In this document: in pieces, positions 51,124 through 61,185 of the stretch | Layout of the letters: each line of letters starts with the position of its first letter | How positions within the stretch are numbered: the stretch's first letter is position 1 | Assembly: GCF_004010195.1 (NCBI RefSeq) | Contig: NC_057757.1 | Location: 9,425,636-9,489,635, forward strand | Length of the DNA stretch: 64,000 bases | Origin: Chiloscyllium plagiosum | Taxonomy: Eukaryota | Direction: 5' to 3' | Notes under the pieces: model-generated | Told to the model about the DNA's origin: nothing | Database searches by the model: none | The model's input: the letters and a program-made list of their open reading frames with translations, nothing else | Position numbers and translations under genes: made by a program

Positions 51124-53654
51124 AAAATTAAATCAGGCGTAGTTCTATCCAGAGTGGAGAAACCTGCTGTCCAGATCCAGGATCTTATTGTCGGGTAAAG
51201 AATGTTGTGTTCAATTCTTAGTCCTTCCTGGGTGAATTATTTCAAGAGTACTCAGAGCACATGATAGAAACATAGGTGGAGATCATTCAGTCCTTGAACC
51301 TGCTATGCCATTCTGGATCACAGCTGCTCATCTACCTCAATACCATATTCCTGCCCTATCTCCATATTCCTTGATGTCATTCATAGCTAGAAATGTATCA
51401 ATCTTTGTCTTAAACTTAATGAGCTCCAAGAGCTGGGATAGAGAATTTCACAGATTCACCACCCACTCGGTAAAGAGGCTTTTCCTCATCTCAAACCCGA
51501 ATTGCCTGCCTTTTAATCTGAAGACTGTCTACCTGGCAGCACCCTCTGTTAGCTGTGCAGTTATGCTGCCACTCCAAGGGTCCAGGCACACCAATTGGCA
51601 TGGCGATGCCATACCCAGCCTGGATTTCCAGTTTCAGAGGTTACTGCCATGCACAGACTTTGGTGGTCTGGCAGAAGAAAACAAATTAATGAGAAATAGT
51701 CCTTTGGTTGTCCTTTTAATGAATTTTGTAAAGAAGTGAAGGCTTCAGAATGATGAATGGGTTTGGGGAAATTAATCAGTGTATGAGAGTCAGGTCTCAT
51801 TCTTCTCCTGGGGATTAGTTTAATACACTTTTTGTTTTCTGTCAACTGCTGGCATCCAGTCATTTTTTACAATGACAATACTCCAGCTGAGATGGTACAA
51901 CTATCAGGAAAGCTGGAAATAGACTAGGGCTCTCACTGTAGGAAATAGAGATTGAGCGGTGACTTGAAGATCTTTGCAATTATGAAAGGCTTTGATAAGG
52001 TGGAAGTCACGTGGGTGTACAGTACTAAATACAAAACAAATCCAACTGTAGCATTTGCAATATTTTGCCTTGACATTGGTATTATTTCATGGGCCAGAAC
52101 TCCTAAAGTGGAAGTTGGGACCCAAAATGGAATCATGAGCTAAAATTGCTTCCTCCCCTTCCACTGGCCTTCTCCCTCCACAACACTCAACAAGGAATTG
52201 GAACAACGTTTATTGGAAATGAGGTCATAGTAGGAAGAGATTTGGGAAGCATTGATGTCAGCACTGGTTGTCTTACTTGAGCCTGTGAGAGACTGCGTTG
52301 TCTCCTTTTGGGATGTCCCATTGAGCATGAAGTGCCAAATCAGGTTAAAAATGCTGGTGACCAATCAGAGGCCGGCAGCAGGGTGTTGCCTCAGGAGATG
52401 GCCTGGGGCATGAGATTCCACCTGATGTTTCCATTTGTAGGAGAATCCAAAGTGGTGAGTGGGGGGGTAGGAGGAGCATGAATACAAAATAGTCACCGAC
52501 CAATCAAGCAGGGAACTCTGGAGAAACATCTTTACACAGAGATAGTGAAATTGTGGAATTGGCTACTAGATGGACTGATTGATAGGCATAAGACAGAGGC
52601 ATTCAAAAGGAAGTTAGGGAAAGAAAGAGAAACGAATGGAGGTGACACCGATGAAGCAGAATAGAAAGAAACTCAAGAGGAGCATAAATGCTAGCACAGG
52701 GCAGATGTACCAAAAGGCCAGTTTTATGATGTACATGCATATATATATATATGTATGTGTGTGCATGCACACAAGTCAAAATATGTGGTGCTGGAAAAGC
52801 ACAGCTGGTCAGGCAGCATCCGAGAAGCAGGAAAGTCGGCATTTCAAGCAAGAGCTCTTCATCAGGAATGATGATGAATCCTGATGAAAAGCTTATGCTC
52901 GAAACACTGACTCTCCTGTTCCTCTGATGCTACCTGACCTGTTGTGCTTTTCCAGCACTACACTCTTGCCTCTGATCTCCAGCATCTGCAGTCCTCACAA
53001 ACTGCCTGTATGCACATAATTACGGGTATAGTTGTAATCAGCAACTTCTGCTACATGTGGCAGTGAGTTCAGAAGAGCTTCCAACTAACAGCCAGGTTCA
53101 GAAATCTTTCAATCCTTAGGCATTGTGAAGATTACACCCCATTGCTTTCCCAAACCAATCTTTCCCATTGGTTAAAATATTAACTTGTAATGAAATGTGT
53201 GAAGAGATAAAAAGTTTATAGGTGTGTGAAAGATAACGTAATCATATCACAGTGGCGAGTTTTCCTGTGAATCTGTGCCAGTAGTTGTCCGTTTTTTCTT
53301 CATCTGTGGGAGATTGCATCACTGACTGGGCCCAGCATTGATTGTCTGTCCCTAGTTGCCTCTTGAGAAGGTGGTGGTGAGTTGCATTGTTGAACTGCTG
53401 CAGTCCCTGTGCTGTAGGTTGACTCACAATGCCCCAAGGGAGGGAATTCCAGGATTTTGACCCAGTGACACTGAAGGAACTGAAGGTGATATATTTCTAA
53501 GTGAGGATATGACTGGCTTGGAGGGGAATTTGCAGGTGGTGGTGTTCCTATGTACCTGTTGCCCTTGTCCTTCTAGATGGAAGTGGTCGTGGTTTGGAAG
53601 GTGCTGTAAGAGGATCTTTGGTGAATTTCTGTAGTGCGTCTTATGAATAATAAT

Positions 53655-54720
53655 AATCACATGACACCAGGTTATAGTTCAACAGGTTTATTTGAAAACA
53701 CAAGCTTTCGGAGTGTCACTCCTTCTTCAGGTAGTTAGTGGGAGAGGATGCGTCGGAAACAGAATTTATTAGTAAAAGATCAAAGACTCGTGCAACTGAT
53801 GTGAATGTAACAAGCAAACCCAAGTGGTTGTTAAATCTTTAATCAGATGGAATGGAGAGGCAGTTTTCAATTGATTAATGTGTAACTCTCAGAATTTGTT
53901 TCAAGTCACAGCCCCGAGATAATTTAAGGTTTTATCAGTATAAAAGAGTGACGTCTCAGATCAGACAATGCATTTAATGTCTGAGGCCTTGATTAGAGTC
54001 TATCTGTGTCTTAACCTGGAGTTAGACTGGTTTTATTTCCAACATAGGAATTTATAAAATGCCATTTTGACTGACTGTCTACACATTGTATGCTTTTTGA
54101 ACAATATAGCATGTACCTGCAAATACAAATTCACCACAGAGATTTATGTGCATGTGTGTGTGTGTGTGTGTGAGACAGAGAGTAGTGTGTGAGTGCTTGA
54201 GAGAGAGTGTATGTGCATGTGAGGAAGTATGTGTGTGAGGGAGTGTGCATAAGCGTATGTGTGAGTGTGTGTGTATATGTGAGAGTATGTGTGTAAGTGT
54301 ATAGTGTGGTGTGACATGAACCCAAGATCCCGTTGAGTCCGTCCTCATGGGTACTGAACTTGGCTATCAGCCTCTGCTCTACGTTGTTGTGTATCCCAAA
54401 GTCCACCATAGAGAACGTTTATCCAAAGATCCGAGGCCGAGTGTCCTTGACCGCTGAAGTGATTTCCCCACTGGGAGGGAACACCCCTGTTAGTTGATTG
54501 TTGCACGGTGTCCATTCATCCATTGTTGTAGCGTCTGCTTGGTCTCGCCAATGTACCATGCCTCTGGTCATCTTTGCCTGCAGCACATGAGATAGATGAC
54601 GTTGGCCAAGTCACCTGCTGTGTACATGGTGGGTGGTATCCTCACATATAAAGGTAGTATCTATGTCAATGCTCTGACGTATCTTGCAGTGATTTCCATG
54701 ACAGGGTTGTATGGTGAAGT
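53655..54720 (-). mobile_element. Penelope-like element 3' part (GIY-YIG endonuclease) ending in a minimal hammerhead motif
   Basis: Minus strand reads NVIYLMCCRQR.PEAWYIGETKQTLQQWMNGHRATIN, followed by a (CA)n 3' region. 53699-53733 (-) reads TAC CTGAAGA A GGAGT GAC ACTCC GAAA GC TT GTG. Confidence 0.8.
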
Positions 54721-55723
54721 TGATGTTGAGGCCATTGGGCTGTAAGGTTACCAGGCATCCTCCACTGTCAGAGTGACGTCAAACAGAAACTGGAAGAAGA
54801 GCACCTTATACTTCGCCTGGGAAGCTTACAGCCTAATGGCCTCAACATCAACCTCACCAGCTTCAAGGTCCCTCCTCCCACAATGTTATCCTATATCTAG
54901 CCCCACCCCTCTTCCCCGCCTCCTTGACCTGACTTCACCTGTCCACCTTCATACTCACCTATCTGCTCCACCCTTCCCACTGATCAATCACAATAATCCC
55001 CTACCTGTATCCACCTACCACCATCCTACCTACCCTTCCCCTAGCCCTGCCCCCTCCTTCAATTTACTTCCTGGCTCCCCTTCCCCTTCCCAGTCCTGAC
55101 GAAGGGTTTTGCCCTGAAGCATTGACTTTGCTGCTCCTCGGATGCTGTCTGACCTGCTGTGCCTGTCCAGATTCACACCTATTGACTCATTCATCCCCAT
55201 GACTTGGCCCCATGTTCCAACTATTCATTGACAAACTCATCCATTGATGTGACATACCTGCTTTCCTGCTTCAAATGCAAAACAGAAAAAATCAGTATCC
55301 ATTTGGATGACACTTGGTCAAACAGAAACTTTACTCTCATTTCCAATATTTTTATATCTGTTCAGGAGAAATGTTCAAAGAGAATGGAAACACTTCTCTT
55401 GTTTTGGGGTAGTTTAATGGGGCTCAGGCAAGCCCTCCATTAATTTATTCAATGGCAGGAAACAAAATAAAAACAATGATCTGATGTTGTTGGAAATCTG
55501 AAACAAAAACTAGAAACAGCATCTCATTTTCCGCTTGGGGACCCTGAAGCCTTCAGGACTCAATATCGAGTTCAATAATGTTAGGCCCTGAGCACCTTCT
55601 CCCATGTCCTTACCCCAAAGCCCACACCCTGTCATCACAGAGGCTGCTTTCATCCACCCAAGGTCCCTAATAGTAGTTTTTCTTTCTCCCTGGCTCACCA
55701 TCATCCATTAGCCATTTCTTGCC

Positions 55724-55955
55724 TGAAATGACAGCACAGAGGCTGGTATCCCTTCACCAAGTCACTCTTCATTAACATGTGCACTGTACATGGGCTCTGA
55801 CCAGCCAGCTCAGAGCCAGTTCCTAACCTAAGTATCTTGCTGAATCCCTTGTTTATGTCTGTCAGCCAGGGTTCCCTGATTGGCCCAAGCTAACAACCCC
55901 AATCAAGGATTTCATCATCGATGAGATCAACCTGACCCTTGTTCCAATCACTACA
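55724..55955 (-). mobile_element. Solo LTR (232 bp)
   Basis: TG...CA termini (minus strand TGTAGTGATTGG...GTCATTTCA) with near-perfect 5-bp flanks ttgcc and ctgcc. Confidence 0.7.
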
Positions 55956-56221
55956 CTGCCCAGTTGCCTTTTTCTCTCTCTTTGGGCTCCATTTCCACCC
56001 ATCATTTACTGCTCTGCCTAGCCCACCCCAACCCCTTGTCTTCAGCATTTATACCAATCTTTTCCACAGGTCCAGTCAGTTCTGAAGGGTCATTGGACCC
56101 AAAACAATAACTCTGCTGATGCAGTCAGGTCTCCAGCTATTGCGACTTTTGTCACTGAATGGTAGTGTAAGGTCAAAGGGCACAGTACCCTGCACTTGTT
56201 CCCGATTTGTATATTCAATGA

Positions 56222-56829
56222 TGATAATGTGGCTCTAAGAGGTATATTTTGTCTTTTTTTTGAAGAGAGGTTTTAAGGCCAAGGTGCAAAGCTGTCTATT
56301 GAAAGCCTGTTAAGCTTGTGAGGCATTGGTTTTTTAAAAAAAGTTGGAACAATAGAAGCAGTCTGAATGGGCGGGATCAAACTCCCACAGAACCAGGATT
56401 TTTAGTTTTAGTTTTTCAGTCGCAGTGATTTTAGCTGGGTCTTGAAGTTGGGTGGAAGCTGCAGTACATCTCTCCCTGCTATTCTCTCTCTCTCATAGTT
56501 ATCACTTGATGTTTTTCTTCCTGGCCTGTGAGACAGTCCATTTTACTGAACTTGCCTTTTGTCAAGGGGGTGTTTATGGATTGTTTCTAAATTGGAACAG
56601 TTACTGGCTAGTACTGAAATGTTCTATTATTCTGTTAAGTTTTCCAATAGAATTGAGTTACTCCAATTTCTCTTTCTTGTGTTGTATTTTAACTATACTG
56701 TATAAATAAAGTGTGTTTTGAGTAGTGCATCTGGAATTCAACACCTCACACACCTTTAAAACAAGAAGAAGTTAAGACGTGGACTATTTTCTGAATATAT
56801 TTTAAGAGGGTTTGGTCTGGTCCACAGCA
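56222..56829 (+). mobile_element. Putative solo LTR
   Basis: AT-rich block with AATAAA (about 56704) ending tttggtctggtccacagca. A similar ending occurs in the block at 8625-9040. Confidence 0.4.
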
Positions 56830-56849
56830 GCTCATAGAATGTCACATCA

Positions 56850-57005
56850 CAATATCACTGCTGAATATGGGAGCTTGCTGTGCACAAATTGGCTACTATA
56901 TTTCCAACTTTATAACAATGAATGTGCTTCTGAAGTATTTCACTGACTATTAAATGCTTTGTGTTGTGAAAGATGCTATACAAATGCAAATTCTTTCTTT
57001 TTTCC
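56850..57005 (+). mobile_element. DeuSINE/SacSINE1-like 3' fragment
   Basis: gggagcttgctgtgcacaaattggct...gaaagatgctatacaaatgcaa resembles the DeuSINE 3' tail as I recall it. Confidence 0.5.
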
Positions 57006-57258
57006 TTTGTTGTTTCATACTGCATGTAGCTCCAAAGTTGTCCCAAGTTCTGGTTGATTCTTTTTAAGGCCACCTTTTGGGATGGAAGGGGTAATCAGGA
57101 GTATATTTAGCATGAGGGATGTGAGGACTGCAGTACCAGCATCTTTGAGGGTTATGGATCTTGCTGATGAGTTTGATTGTGGAGAATTACTTTAAGCTGC
57201 ATGGAGCTTTGAGAAAAAGAACAGTTGGTCAATTTTTAAACATTTCTTTGTACCGGGA

Positions 57259-57427
57259 CTACACAATGAGAGCCATGGTGCCAATTGTATTCAGTGATCT
57301 GGGGTACGAATAAGGAGGATGCATTGACTGTGATGATGATTGAGCAGCCACTGTAGCTGTGTTCTGTACCATCCACCCACACAGCAAGTTCCTCTGACAG
57401 ACTCTCGCAAACCTGTGCTCTCCGCCA
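57259..57427 (-). CDS. Candidate terminal exon of an unidentified gene
   Basis: Strong acceptor cctttctttctag| in non-repetitive sequence. Frame-compatible with the candidate exon at 58923-59036. Confidence 0.25.
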
Positions 57428-58922
57428 CTAGAAAGAAAGGCTTCGAAAGCAGGCAAATACCATCATTCATACCACACTCACTTCCACATCACCATTCATT
57501 CACTATCACTGGGTCAATAGTCCAGAAAGCCGTACTCAACAACACTGCAGGAATACTTACACCACAATTGTTCAAACTTTCTCCCCACCCCTTCTCAAGC
57601 ATATCCAAGATGGGTAAAGCGCTGCCAGTGATAGCCGTTGGAATGAATAAAAAGTATTAATACTGTAATGGATGCAAGGGCCCAGTTTTGCTCTCAATTT
57701 ACAAATAAATAAACTCTGATGAAGCAAAATATGGTGACAGGAGAGGAACTGAAATTAAAGCTGAAACTGCAGTGTTTTGAACTGCCCAGTCTAGAAACTG
57801 ACCCTTCAGACACAGGCTGAGAGTTAGAGCCAGTAATAGGAATTGGATTGGCTCTAGCCCTGTCAGGACAATCATAGCTGTTGGACAGTCAATGAACAGC
57901 CGTAAAAGCAATCAACTCTTCCAGTTCCGAAGAAGGGTCACTGGACTCTTAACACGGTTTCTCTCTCTGCACGATATAGCAATTTCTGTTTCTGTAACTC
58001 TGCCAGGTTATTACCCAGGCAGGGAACTTAAAAGTGATACTAATCATTGACCTTTGTGTTTGAATGTTATCACTGTGTTCTGGTGGCCCTCTCTCTCTGT
58101 GTCTCAGTCCTGGTTGTGGTGGTGACCTGTGTGCTGACAGTGAGCAGTATTTAAGGAGCATTAATAATAAACCCTTCATTTGGTTGGCACTGTATCTGAA
58201 ACTTCAAAACCTTGCAATTACACACCACACACCAGGATTGCAAAACACTTTATTTGAATGACTCAGCAACTTAATTTCTCAGCAAAATTATATTTAAGCC
58301 CGATGCAGTGATCCATTTATATGTTTAATGATTGTTCTGCTTTTCACAGGTTTTCTGGGATTGAGCTAATTACTGATTCACACCAGATGTCAGTGGGATG
58401 CTGTATACACGTTCTCATCCTTAAGGCAGTGTCAGCTCTGAGTCAGATACTGGTAGGTTTCATGCGTGCACTAAAATGACTTTTTGATGCCAGATTGAGG
58501 CATTGACTCATTGTAACAATGGTTAGCTTTCAGTGAGACATTATTCCCGAGATCTTTCTGTTTTCAGTGGTTTCTGGTATCTCCTTATACAGTCAGTTCG
58601 CAGAGTGTCCTGACCAGCAATATTCATTGCCAATCCATCACTCTGAGACTCAGTTCTGCAAAGTGGATCACAATGTGGAATGACAGTGCATTCAATGCTG
58701 TTCATATTATATCAAATGTTTGGAGATGTTTGTGAGAAAGAGAATGGTGTGATAAGTGTTTTGTAAGTTCAATTCTTGTTTTGACATTTTTGATCGCCCA
58801 ATGATGGGGGCATTAATGGTCTAATTTCATTTTAGTGGCTAATCCAGCATGATCCCATTGAAGGCAGATCTCCTCTCTTGCCTGGGGGTTGAGCGGGTGC
58901 CTGGTCACAGTGAGGTGCTCAC

Positions 58923-59036
58923 CAGATTGTGCTCCCACGTACCCGGGGTGCTGGAGGCAGCCATGCTAATGCTTTCTCTGAGGCCTCAGTACTTTCATCC
59001 TCAGAGATCAAGGAGGTGTCTTCTTTCCCTGCGGAG
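58923..59036 (-). CDS. Candidate internal exon of an unidentified gene
   Basis: Acceptor tttaacag| and donor TG|gtgagc flank 114 bp with one open frame, SAGKEDTSLISEDESTEASEKALAWLPPAPRVRGSTI. No family recognised. Confidence 0.3.
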
Positions 59037-59124
59037 CTGTTAAATCAGCTTTGAGTACCAATTGGAAAAAGCACTGAGGGTGGCAGTATATCCCAGCATC
59101 ACGAATGACAGTCTTCAGCCAATT

Positions 59125-60615
59125 CAGTATTGTGTTCTGTTTTGGTCACCTTGCTGTAGGAAGGCTGTTATTAAACTGGAAAGAGTGCAGAAGAAATGTA
59201 CAAGGATTTTGCCAGGACTCAAGGGACTGAATTATAAGGAGAGGTTGGACAGGATAGAACCTTTTTCTTTAGAGCACAGGAGAGAAATTCTAAATTGGAG
59301 AAAGGCTAATTTTGACGGTATTAGGCAAGAACTTTCAAAAACTGATTGGGGGCAGATATTCACAGGTATAGGGATGACTGGAAAATGGGAAGCCTTTAGG
59401 AATGAGATAACGAGAATCCAGAGAAAGTATATTCCTGTTAGGGTGAAAGGAAAGGCTGAGAGGTATAGGGAATGCTGGATGACTGAAGAAATTGAGGGCT
59501 TGGTTAAGAAAAAGAAGGAAGCATATGTAAGGTATATGCGGGATAGATTAAGTGAATCCTTAGAAGAGTATAAAGGAAGTAGGAGTATACTTAAGGGGGA
59601 GATCAGGAGGGCAAAAAGGGGACATGAAATAGCTTTGGCAAATAGACTTAAGGAAAATCCAAAGGGTTTTTACAAATACACTAAGGACAAAAGGGTAACT
59701 AGGGAGAAAATAGGGTCCCTCAAAGATCAACAAGGCGGCCTTTGTGTGGAGCCGCAGAAAATGGGGGAGATACTAAACGAGTATTTTGCATCAGTATTTA
59801 CTGTGGAAAAGGATATGGAAAGTACAGACTGTAGGGAAATAGATGTTGACAGTTTGCAAAACATCTATATTACAGAGGAGGAAGTGCTGTATGTCTTGAA
59901 ATGCGTAAAGGTGGATAAATCCCCAGGACCTGATCCTGTGTACCCGAGAACTCTGTGGGACACTAGAGAAGTGATTGCTGGGCCAGAGCGGTAGATGTGA
60001 TCTATATGGACTTCAGTAAGTCTTTCGACAAGTTTCCCCATGGGAGATTGGTAGCAAGGTTAGATCTCATGGAATTCAGGGAGAACTAGCCACTTGGATA
60101 CAGATCTGGCTCAAAGGTAGAATATAGAGGGTGGTGGTGGAGGGTTGTTTTTCAGACTGGAGGCCTGTGATGGCAAGGATTGGTGCTGGGTCCACTATGT
60201 TTTGTCTTTAAAGATATAAAAAGGCAGAGGGAACCCAAAGTGAGCCTAGGTGCCTTAGGGAATGAAGTTGGAGAAATAATAACGGGGAACAAGGAAATTC
60301 CAGAGGAGTTGAATAAATATTTTGCATCAGTCTGAAATTCCAAATTTGGAAATTGCTACTTAGTCAAGGGGCAAATGAAGGAGAAGAAATAAACATAATA
60401 ACTATCACTGGAGAAAAGGTGTTGGGAAACTAATGGGGATAAAGACCGACAATCCCCCTGGACCTGATGGGATACATGCTGAAATAATGAAAATAGTAGC
60501 CACAGAGATAATGGATGCACTTCCAAGAATCCTTAACTCTAGAAAATTTCCAGAGGATTGGAAAACTACCAATTTATCACATTATTTGCAAAGAGATGGA
60601 GACAAAAACAGGTAA
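59125..60615 (+). mobile_element. Chimeric cluster of CR1 fragments
   Basis: An RT C-terminal piece (QYCVLFWSP..LERVQ) is fused to an upstream ORF2 piece (LNWRKANF...ENPKGFYKY..LNEYFASVFT..DKSPGPD). A further fragment reads DNPPGPDGIH. Confidence 0.85.
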
Positions 60616-60782
60616 CTATACTCAAAATGTTAGTTTGCTTTCTCTCCATGGATGCTGTCTGACCTGCTGTGATCTCCAGCATTTTTTATTTTCAGGTAAC
60701 TATAGGTTAGTTAGCTGTATTCATTGGAATTTAGAAGAGTGAGAGGCAACCTTACTGAAATATACAAGATACTTAGAAGAAT

Positions 60783-61145
60783 CCAAAGATGCGCAGGTTA
60801 GGTGAATTGGCCATGCTAAATTGCATAGTGTTCATGGATGTGTAGGTTAGGTGAATTGGCCATGCTAAATTGCCCTTGGTGTTCACAGATGTGTAGGTTA
60901 GGTGAACTGGCCGTGCTAAATTGCCCATAGTGTTCATGGATGTGTAGGTTAGGTGAATTGGACGTGCTAAATTGCCCATAGTGTTCACAGATGTGTAGGT
61001 TAAGTGAATTGGCCGTCCTAAATTGCCCACAGTGTTCAGGAATATGTAGGTTAGGTGCATTAGTCAGAGGCAAATGTGAGTAATAGGGTAGGGGAATGGG
61101 TCTGGGAGGATTACTCTTCCAACAAGGGTTGGTGTGGACTTGTTG
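60783..61145 (+). mobile_element. 5'-truncated HE1 SINE with a 51-bp internal segment amplified about 5 times
   Basis: gatgtgtaggttaggtgaattggccatgctaaattgcccatagtgttca is repeated in tandem. Confidence 0.85.
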
Positions 61146-61185
61146 GGGTGTTGGTTTGGTTGGTTGAAACAGTGCTCAGATAGCA

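Noticed and set aside
59062..59994. 310-aa ORF as a host gene
   Set aside because: In-frame fusion of two CR1 ORF2 fragments in non-native order.
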